Positions 56,875 through 64,000 of a DNA stretch of 64,000 bases are shown in pieces. Location of the stretch: NCBI GenBank assembly GCA_039679675.1, contig JBDKUN010000062.1:81840-145839 (forward strand), read 5' to 3'. The notes beneath the pieces are model-generated. The model was not told the origin of the DNA, did not search any database, and was given only the letters and a program-made list of their open reading frames with translations. This DNA is from Armatimonadota bacterium. GTDB lineage: Bacteria; Armatimonadota; UBA5829; DTLH01. The position numbers were made by a program, and so were the translations under genes. Position 1 is the stretch's first letter. Every line of letters starts with the position of its first letter.

Positions 56875-56991
56875 CGGAATATGGAACAGATGGAATGCAT
56901 GATTGGATGAGGATGTGTAATTATAGTCTCAACTTGCACATCCGGCATTGCAGTCTGAGGTAAATAAAAGTCTCTTCCGCGTTTTCGCGGG

Positions 56992-59118
56992 TTAAGTTAC
57001 TCCATAAAGGCTTTCCACTACGGTGTCTATCGCCCGGTGGATGCGGCTGGATAAAAGCGATTCCACTCTCTCCCCTGCTGCGGCTTTCGTAGCGAGTCCG
57101 GCGAGATATACCAGTAGATCGTGCGCGGAATCTTCTCTTCCGGACTTGTCCCACTTCTTTATGAGCCCGCCGAGCTTTGTGAAGTCACCGTGGCCGTTCG
57201 AGAGTTCGGCCTCGAACACCTTTCGCCCCTCGTCTGCCAGTTTAGCGCGTTCAGATGGGGTCGAATAGAAATTTATCGACCTTATCGGGAGCTTTCTAAT
57301 GTCCTCAAGCTCCAACTGCGGCTGGACAAGCTTGTAGCCCGTAAAAGCGCGGAATACATAGCCGTTCAGAAAGGTCGAGTTAAGGAGCGCAAGCAGGTAA
57401 AGCGGATGGTAGCCGCCTGGGTTCAGCTTTATCCCGTAGACCGACTGAGGAATGATGTATCCCTTGCTGTCGAATGCCGCAATGAGCTTTGCAGAACTCT
57501 TCTGAAGCACGATTTTTTCGCCCCTATACCAATCCATGCATTTGTTTACGGCGTCCCAACTGATACGGTGCCCTTCCCAGTTGACTCTATAAGGCTCCAG
57601 GCTCTGCCCGCCAAGAAGTATCGGCAGATCGCCCTTTGAAGAGATGATCGCGCGCTTGCCGATCTCTTCGCCCCTGAAAGTAGTCTCGACACCGATGTCC
57701 TTCAGGTAAACAAACGGAGGTTTGATGGCGGAAAGCGACATTTCCAAGCCATGTATCGCAGAAAAGGCCTGTTTCCAGTGGTCGTCATCCACCAGATAGA
57801 GGACTTCAGCGCGGGGCTGGGCGAGCGCAAAGCTGTGTTTTACATATTTCGACAGTTTACTTACTGTGACAGCCGGTCTCAGCACGAACTGCTGTCTCAG
57901 ATGGCTCTTATCGAGCCGTACGACGGGGAACATATCTGATAGAGGCGGCCGGTTCGTGCAATCGAGGACGATATTAGCTACATTTGCCGAAGGGAAGGCT
58001 CCTTCGATATGCACTACACTCTCGATTGTCCATTTTCCCAGGAGTTCTCTTCGAACATGGGCTGCGTTTGCCCTGATCAGAAACGGGTCCGGCAGCACCA
58101 TCGCAAGCGTCCCGCCCGGTCTCACCAAACGGTTCCTTATTATGCCTTCAAGAAACAGCAGATAATAGTCAGACTGCCCTCGACCTGATCGAGAACCAAC
58201 AGACATGCCGTTTTTCGCGGCGACATAAGGGGGGTTGCCTATTGCTGCATCAAATCCCGGCTCCGATGAAAAAACATCCGGAAAAGCATCCTCCCAATTG
58301 AGAACCAGGGCATCGGCGCAGACCAGGTGTTCCGCAATGGTTCTTGCATCGGCCTGCCCGCCTGTTTCGAGCCAGACGAGAAACCGCGCGATGTCGACTG
58401 CAGCCGGGTCGATGTCGCATCCGAAAATACACTTCTCGGCGGCGTCCTTTACACTGAGCCTGCGGGAAAGAGACCTGAGCGTCCGGATTAGAAACTCACC
58501 GGGACCCATGGATGGGTCCATAATTCTGGCTGCCGAAGGATTTTCTAACCTGCCGAGCGCATTGGTGACGATGTGGTCGATGATGTAGGGTGGGGTAAAG
58601 AACGAGCCGCTCTTTTTACGGCCCCTCAAGTCGGACTGAAGCACGATCTTCTGTGAATCAGCCTCATACATGGGTCTGAGGCTGAGTAATTGCTCGTAAA
58701 GCCTGCCGATCCACTCCGGCGGCACGGAATCGAAATAGACTGAGGTGAGAGGAATCCCCTCGTCCGATGCAAGGATCGACCTGAGAACAGCCCGCTCATG
58801 CTCCAAGGGGAGGTTTATGCTGCCGGAAGAGGTTAGAAGATCGACTCCGGTGGACTTCCCAAATGTTGAGATCAGATCAGAAGCAGACCTGCAGGTTTTT
58901 TCATTCGCTGCCAAGTGCCTCAACGCCCTGCAGGTGTCTTCGGCGTGCGGTACATCGCGAGTTTCCAGCATCAGCGCGGCTATGGATCCCATAACGAACC
59001 GAACGGCGGAACGATAGGCTGCTGAGAGTGATTTAGAACTGTCTCGCGCAAGGCCTGCCGCCGCCACAGATGCCGCATTCGCAGCCCTATCGCAAAATAC
59101 CTCGAACTCATTTTTCAT
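56992..59118 (-). CDS. N6-adenine DNA methyltransferase (Eco57I/TaqI-like, gamma order) with TaqI-C-like target domain
   Basis: RKKSGSFFTP, DPSMGPGEFL (motif I), GCDID, GNPPY (motif IV), YLLALLNS, LPI. Confidence 0.85.
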   Translation of the reverse strand: MKNEFEVFCDRAANAASVAAAGLARDSSKSLSAAYRSAVRFVMGSIAALMLETRDVPHAEDTCRALRHLAANEKTCRSASDLISTFGKSTGVDLLTSSGSINLPLEHERAVLRSILASDEGIPLTSVYFDSVPPEWIGRLYEQLLSLRPMYEADSQKIVLQSDLRGRKKSGSFFTPPYIIDHIVTNALGRLENPSAARIMDPSMGPGEFLIRTLRSLSRRLSVKDAAEKCIFGCDIDPAAVDIARFLVWLETGGQADARTIAEHLVCADALVLNWEDAFPDVFSSEPGFDAAIGNPPYVAAKNGMSVGSRSGRGQSDYYLLFLEGIIRNRLVRPGGTLAMVLPDPFLIRANAAHVRRELLGKWTIESVVHIEGAFPSANVANIVLDCTNRPPLSDMFPVVRLDKSHLRQQFVLRPAVTVSKLSKYVKHSFALAQPRAEVLYLVDDDHWKQAFSAIHGLEMSLSAIKPPFVYLKDIGVETTFRGEEIGKRAIISSKGDLPILLGGQSLEPYRVNWEGHRISWDAVNKCMDWYRGEKIVLQKSSAKLIAAFDSKGYIIPQSVYGIKLNPGGYHPLYLLALLNSTFLNGYVFRAFTGYKLVQPQLELEDIRKLPIRSINFYSTPSERAKLADEGRKVFEAELSNGHGDFTKLGGLIKKWDKSGREDSAHDLLVYLAGLATKAAAGERVESLLSSRIHRAIDTVVESLYGVT

Positions 59119-59315
59119 GTTTTTACAGCTATCAGCCGTCAGCTAATTTCTTTGGAGTGCGGAAGTATTAGCTTCCGCTTTTCTATCGGCATGCACCAAT
59201 TCCCTATGCTGATGCGGGAAGCTGATGGACCGAGGGATCCTGCCTCGATCCTGTTTCTCCAGGGCATCCATGCCCACTGCTATCTTTCAATGCCCGCATT
59301 CGCGTAATTCGTGCT

Positions 59316-60083
59316 TCAAAGAACCGGCTTTTTCCGCCTCATGATCACAAGCACCGTGCCAAAAATGACTATCGCAGCAAGGCTTACGACCTGGGCTTGT
59401 GTCAGTCCCGCGAACCAGACTTCGGCTGTTACACCCTTCCGTATGAACTCAATTCCGAACCGATAGATGGAGTACAGCACTATATAGGAGAAGAATGTAA
59501 ACCCCGCAGGCCGTTTCAACTTCTCAATTCTCGTCAAAATCCAGAATATCCCAAGGCTGATGGCGAACGCATAGAGCTGTGCTGGATGGCTGGGCGCGGT
59601 TAAAGTATGCGTGACAGGGTCGGTAAATCTGACCGCCCACGGCAGATGCGTCTCACATCCGTAGCAGCAGCCGTTCAGAAAGCATCCGATCCGGGCGAAT
59701 GCATAGCCGATGGCAAGTGATGGTGCAAGAAGATCGGCAAGCTTCAGAAATTTGATCCGTTTGCTCCGGGCATAAAAAGCGACGGCGAAAATGGCGGCAA
59801 CCAGCCCGCCGTGGAAGCTCAGGCCGCCTTCCCATATCCGGTAAATCTCGCTGAAGATACCCCATCCGTCCTGGGGGACCTGCAGCAGCAGAAAAAGCAA
59901 CCGCGCGCCGATAATCCCCGACAAAAGAGCGATTGTAGCAGCATCCACAACCCGTTCCGGCGCTATCTCGAATCGCTTCGATACCCTTGTCGCCCGCCAG
60001 AGCCCCAGGAGAAAGCCGATGACTATCATGAACCCGTAAGACCGGATAGGTATTGGGCCGATTTGGAAAAGTATTGATCTCAT
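59316..60083 (-). CDS. lgt: prolipoprotein diacylglyceryl transferase
   Basis: SYG, GARL, WEGGLSFHGG, RIGCFLNGCCYG, HPAQLY, RFGIEFIR. Confidence 0.95.
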   Translation of the reverse strand: MRSILFQIGPIPIRSYGFMIVIGFLLGLWRATRVSKRFEIAPERVVDAATIALLSGIIGARLLFLLLQVPQDGWGIFSEIYRIWEGGLSFHGGLVAAIFAVAFYARSKRIKFLKLADLLAPSLAIGYAFARIGCFLNGCCYGCETHLPWAVRFTDPVTHTLTAPSHPAQLYAFAISLGIFWILTRIEKLKRPAGFTFFSYIVLYSIYRFGIEFIRKGVTAEVWFAGLTQAQVVSLAAIVIFGTVLVIMRRKKPVL

Positions 60084-60616
60084 TAACTATTATTACTCGA
60101 ATTCTTGGGTTTTGAAGCCCTTCCTTCCAGAAAAACTACATGATAGGCAAGCAGTACCGCACCGACTGTAATTGCAATGTCGGCGACGTTGAAAGTCGGC
60201 CAACTGAGAATCCTGCTCCCCAGCACGACCTCAAAATCGATGAAATCCGTTACGGATTGGAACCTTATTCTGTCGATCAGGTTCCCAAGCGTGCCGCCCA
60301 GAAGCATTCCGAGTGACAGAGCCAGAACACGGCTTTTTGCTCTCTCCTTACGGATTCCGGCTATAATAAACACAGCCACAAGGCCGATAAGAATGAGGAC
60401 GACCGGCAGTGATCCGAATGTACCGAAAGCGGCTCCGGGGTTATGCGCCAACTTGAGGGTAAAAAAACCTGGTACAACCTCGACCACTCTGCCCATATCG
60501 AGCGCAGATTGTGCGAAAGTCTTCGTTACCTGATCGAGGACGAATACAACCACCGCGCTTGCGTAAAACGCAAGGCGGCCTATCTTCCTTCCACTAGATC
60601 CTGACACTCTATACAA
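60083..60616 (-). CDS. lspA: signal peptidase II (start uncertain)
   Basis: DQVTK, NPGAAFG, GNLIDR, VTDFI, FNVAD. Confidence 0.95.
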   Translation of the reverse strand: MYRVSGSSGRKIGRLAFYASAVVVFVLDQVTKTFAQSALDMGRVVEVVPGFFTLKLAHNPGAAFGTFGSLPVVLILIGLVAVFIIAGIRKERAKSRVLALSLGMLLGGTLGNLIDRIRFQSVTDFIDFEVVLGSRILSWPTFNVADIAITVGAVLLAYHVVFLEGRASKPKNSSNNS

Positions 60617-60957
60617 AACGCGGCGTACGGTACCGCCTCCAGTCTGGCCTTGCTTATATCTCTCCCGCAGCGGTCACAGGTCCCGTAGTTACCCGCATCG
60701 ATCTTTTCGAGGGCCCGGTCGATCTCTTCGAGCATATCATCTATGTTCTCGTCCATCGCCAGGTCCTTTTCTCGCTCGTAAGTCTCGGAAGCTGCATCTG
60801 CGGGATGGTTGTCGTAGTCCGCCAACTCACCGAACTCGTCGGACTGATCTTCAGAATCCGAGCGCCGCTGGAGCCGCTTTATCTGTTCCAAAAGCCGCGT
60901 CCGTTCATCCAGCAATATCTTTCTGAACTTCTCTACGTCCAGCCTTCGTGTTGCCAT
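60580..60957 (-). CDS. TraR/DksA C4-type zinc finger protein (YteA-like)
   Basis: DNHPADAASE, AL.KI..G.YG.C.RCG..I...RLEAVP....CIECQ. Confidence 0.9.
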   Translation of the reverse strand: MATRRLDVEKFRKILLDERTRLLEQIKRLQRRSDSEDQSDEFGELADYDNHPADAASETYEREKDLAMDENIDDMLEEIDRALEKIDAGNYGTCDRCGRDISKARLEAVPYAAFCIECQDLVEGR

Positions 60958-60965
60958 AGTTCCAC

Positions 60966-63728
60966 CTACATCGCGGAGACTACGCTCGCGCACCTGTTGC
61001 AAAGGGTAGGGTGCGCGGCATTAGCGCCTACAGATTCCAGCACGAGCCAGCACCTGCCGCACTTCTCGCCCTCCGGCTGCATTACTTCGACCGTGAGGGA
61101 CTGATCCTCAGGCAGCTCTTCCAGAGACACCTGGGAGACGATAAAGACAGCCGGTAAGTCCTCTGTGTAATTACGTAAAAACGCGAAAAGCTGTTTCGGA
61201 GCCGCTATCTTTACTTTACTCTCCAGCGGCTTTCCGATCACTCCGGCCTGTCTGGCCTGCTCGATAGCCCTGTAGACCTCGTCCCGGACTTCGAATAGCT
61301 TTTGCCATCTGGCTGCAAGTTCCTCGTCCAGATATTCCTTCTTCACTGCAGGGAAGTCCGCAAGATGTACCGAAACGGCTTTCCCTTCGCCAGGCACGTA
61401 TTTCCATACCTCTTCTGAGGTATGCGCGAGAACCGGCGCAAGGAGCCTGACCATCGTCGACAGAATCTCGTAGAGCGCAGTCTGTGCAGACCGGCGCTTC
61501 AATTCATTTGGAGACGAGGCATACAATCTATCTTTGATTATGTCCAGATAGAGCGAACTTAAATCAACCGCCGCAAAATTATGAGCCGTATGATAGACTC
61601 TGTGGAACTCGCACGCATCATAAGCATCTGAGACTTCCTGTGTGACTTCCTGAAGCCGGTGCATAACCCAGCGGTCGATCTCCAGCATATCGTCCTTTGC
61701 GACCATATTTTTCGCCGGGTCAAAATCATACAAATTCCCGAGAAGGAACCTGAATGTGTTCCTGAGCCGTCTGTAGGCATCCGACACGCGGGTAATTCCT
61801 TCTTTGCCGACCCTTATGTCCTCGGAATAATCGACCGACGACATGAAGAGCCTGAGCACGTCCGCACCGACCTGTTTTATGATCTGCAGCGGCGAGATGG
61901 TGTTTCCAAGGGACTTACTCATCGCCCTTCCTTCGGCGTCCAGTATGAACCCGTGGCTCATGATCTGCCTGAAGGGAGGCTCTCCCTTTGTCGCAACGCC
62001 GATTACCAGAGATTTGTTGAACCATCCTCTGTGCTGGTCGGAACCTTCGCAGTACATATCCGCCGGATACGTGCCAAACCTGTTCTCGACGACCGCGCGG
62101 CTGCTTGAACCAGAGTCGAACCACACGTCAAGGACATCAACTTCCTTCGTGAAGCTGCTTCCGCCGCATTTCGGGCATTTGTAGTCCGCTCCGAGGAGCT
62201 CTTTTGGGCTCTTCTCATACCATGAGTCAGAGCCGTTCGCCATAATATCTTTGTAAACAGCGTCGATTGTTTCTTCCGTGAAGATCGCCTCTCCGCAGTC
62301 ATCGCAGTAGAAAACAGGGATTCCGACCCCCCACGACCTCTGGCGCGATAAGCACCAGTCAGGCGAGTTTTCGATCATCGCCCGGAGCCTGTTTGATGAT
62401 TCATTCGGGAAGAACTCGACGGAATCAATTGCTTCAAGAAGCCTTTTTCTCAAGTCCTGATGGTCTATGGCCATAAACCACTGCACCGTCGTCCTGAAGA
62501 CTACCGGGTTGTGGCATCTCCAGCAGTGCGGGTAGCTGTGCTCTATCTCGCCGCTCGCGAGAAGCGCGCCAACCTCAGTGAGTGCTTCGATTACGGCCTT
62601 GTTCCCCTGCTTCATGATGTGAAGCCCCTCGAACTGTCCGGCTTCTTTCGTGAATACGCCTCTCTCGTTTACCGGGTTGAGCGGCTCTATACCGTACCTC
62701 TGTCCGGTTTCGAAGTCTTCGCGGCCATGGCCTGGTGCGGTGTGGACTACACCCGTTCCGTCCTCAAGCGTGACGTAGTCCGCGAAGACGAGTATGGAAG
62801 TGCGGTCGAAGAGCGGGTGCTTGAAGACCATTCCCTCAAGCTCTTTTCCCTTGACTGTCTTGACCGTACAGTATTTATCCGCGCTGATTGCGGTCATGGT
62901 CTGTCCGACGAGTTCGGCGGCGATCACGTAGCGGTCATCGCCGACATCCACGAACGTATACTCATAGTCAGGATGCACCGCGACCGCAAGGTTCGCCGGA
63001 ATCGTCCACGGTGTGGTCGTCCAGATGATCGTGTAGCAATTTTCTTTGGGTTTATCGCCGAAAAGGCCATTCGGGTCGGTTACCAGCGGGAACCTGACAA
63101 AGATTGAGTTGGATATATGCTGTGCATACTCGATCTCGGCTTCAGCAAGTGCCGTTTCGTCATTTATACACCAGTGGATCGGCTTCAGTCCTCTATATAT
63201 GTAACCCTGCCTTGCAAGCTCGCCGAAAACTTTGACGATAGTAGCTTCATACTGGTAGTTCATCGTCAGATAAGGGTCGTCCCAGTCACCGTTCACGCCT
63301 AGCCGCTTGAACTGACTTTTCTGAGTGTCGACCCACTTCGTTGCATACTCCCGGCAGGCTTTCCGCATATCGACCAGCGATACAGTCTGATGTTTTTTTC
63401 TGAAATTTTCGGAGACTTTCTGCTCGATAGGCAGCCCGTGGTTGTCCCAGCCAGGGATATAGGGCGCGTGATAGCCCTTCATCGTGGCATGCCGGACTAC
63501 GAAGTCCTTCAGGAGCTTGTTCAGCGCATGCCCAAGGTGAATGTCGCCGTTGGAATACGGTGGTCCGTCATGAAGAATGTACGTTCCGAGCGGGGCGGGC
63601 TTCTCCAGGGTGAGTTTGTACAGGTCTATCTCTTTCCAGAACTCCTGAATGCCCGGTTCCCGGTTCGCAAGGTCGGCTCTCATCGGAAAATCGGTTTTTG
63701 GTAGATTGACGGTTTTGCTGTAATCCAT
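60966..63728 (-). CDS. ileS: isoleucine--tRNA ligase (type 1, C-terminal Zn finger)
   Basis: HDGPPYSNG.IHLGH, GWDNHGLP, WTTTPWT, EGSDQHRGWF, AMSKS, KCGRCW...CNRC. Confidence 0.97.
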   Translation of the reverse strand: MDYSKTVNLPKTDFPMRADLANREPGIQEFWKEIDLYKLTLEKPAPLGTYILHDGPPYSNGDIHLGHALNKLLKDFVVRHATMKGYHAPYIPGWDNHGLPIEQKVSENFRKKHQTVSLVDMRKACREYATKWVDTQKSQFKRLGVNGDWDDPYLTMNYQYEATIVKVFGELARQGYIYRGLKPIHWCINDETALAEAEIEYAQHISNSIFVRFPLVTDPNGLFGDKPKENCYTIIWTTTPWTIPANLAVAVHPDYEYTFVDVGDDRYVIAAELVGQTMTAISADKYCTVKTVKGKELEGMVFKHPLFDRTSILVFADYVTLEDGTGVVHTAPGHGREDFETGQRYGIEPLNPVNERGVFTKEAGQFEGLHIMKQGNKAVIEALTEVGALLASGEIEHSYPHCWRCHNPVVFRTTVQWFMAIDHQDLRKRLLEAIDSVEFFPNESSNRLRAMIENSPDWCLSRQRSWGVGIPVFYCDDCGEAIFTEETIDAVYKDIMANGSDSWYEKSPKELLGADYKCPKCGGSSFTKEVDVLDVWFDSGSSSRAVVENRFGTYPADMYCEGSDQHRGWFNKSLVIGVATKGEPPFRQIMSHGFILDAEGRAMSKSLGNTISPLQIIKQVGADVLRLFMSSVDYSEDIRVGKEGITRVSDAYRRLRNTFRFLLGNLYDFDPAKNMVAKDDMLEIDRWVMHRLQEVTQEVSDAYDACEFHRVYHTAHNFAAVDLSSLYLDIIKDRLYASSPNELKRRSAQTALYEILSTMVRLLAPVLAHTSEEVWKYVPGEGKAVSVHLADFPAVKKEYLDEELAARWQKLFEVRDEVYRAIEQARQAGVIGKPLESKVKIAAPKQLFAFLRNYTEDLPAVFIVSQVSLEELPEDQSLTVEVMQPEGEKCGRCWLVLESVGANAAHPTLCNRCASVVSAM

Positions 63729-63839
63729 GGGCTTCTGAACTCCAATTTAGCGCTCGATTTCACTCCGGCGCAGAGTTTTTTTAAGACTAACATGTGCGAA
63801 AACCCCTGAAAGGCAGGGGTTTCTCATGATATTCACAAC

Positions 63840-63868
63840 ATTATAACGGCTATGGGCGCTAAAAGCAA
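63840..63868 (-). promoter_or_regulatory. sigma70 promoter of the ileS operon
   Basis: TTGCTT-17 nt-TATAAT. Confidence 0.6.
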
Positions 63869-63974
63869 TAACCCGCGTTGCCTCACGATAGAAATCACCG
63901 AAATCGATTCGTTGCCTCATTTAAAAATGTTACCGAAATAGCCGATGTGCTTCTCGTATTAGGAGGAGCACTGA

Positions 63975-64000
63975 ATGGATCAACACTCAAAATCTGAACT
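63975..64000 (+). CDS. start of an unidentified gene (truncated by the window end)
   Basis: AGGAGG then ATG GAT CAA CAC TCA AAA TCT GAA. Confidence 0.5.

Noticed and set aside
61912..61926. AMSKS instead of KMSKS in IleRS
   Set aside because: The catalytic second Lys is retained and first-position variation is common, so it is not evidence of inactivation or drug resistance.
63821..63838. Rex box upstream of ileS (TTGTGAATATCATGAGAA, minus strand)
   Set aside because: Only one half-site matches well.

Overview
Ordinary chromosomal window from a probably anaerobic, moderately GC-rich bacterium. The gene mix resembles Armatimonadota, but that is inference only. In order it holds: the 5' part of pgi; small accessory genes, including an excisionase-HTH plus degenerate PIN pair; rhamnose-type aldolase and isomerase genes split by a hairpin-flanked GIY-YIG nuclease; a run of AT-richer orphan genes; glycoside hydrolases; a rex-hydC-hydB-hydA-hfsA-hfsB-hfsC [FeFe]-hydrogenase operon with two Rex-like boxes; the rpiB-glyA-dCMP deaminase-tagO-wecB-uppP block; an RsbW-like gene near several sigmaB-type promoters; an ECF sigma fused to HEAT-like repeats and DUF2087; a TetR gene with a heterodimeric ABC exporter; ugd; a solitary adenine methyltransferase; and ileS-dksA/traR-lspA-lgt. 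I found no rRNA, tRNA, CRISPR array, integrase or transposase. The most notable unexplained signals are (i) a consensus sigma70 promoter pointing into a gene-free 250-bp region that holds a 19-bp perfect stem and an 18-aa ORF, (ii) an Ssn-like GIY-YIG gene whose flanking hairpin recurs as solo copies inside mosaic, nested intergenic palindromes, and (iii) a perfect sigmaB-consensus promoter driving a 63-aa Zn-finger-like protein. All product calls come from motif recognition by eye, not database searches.
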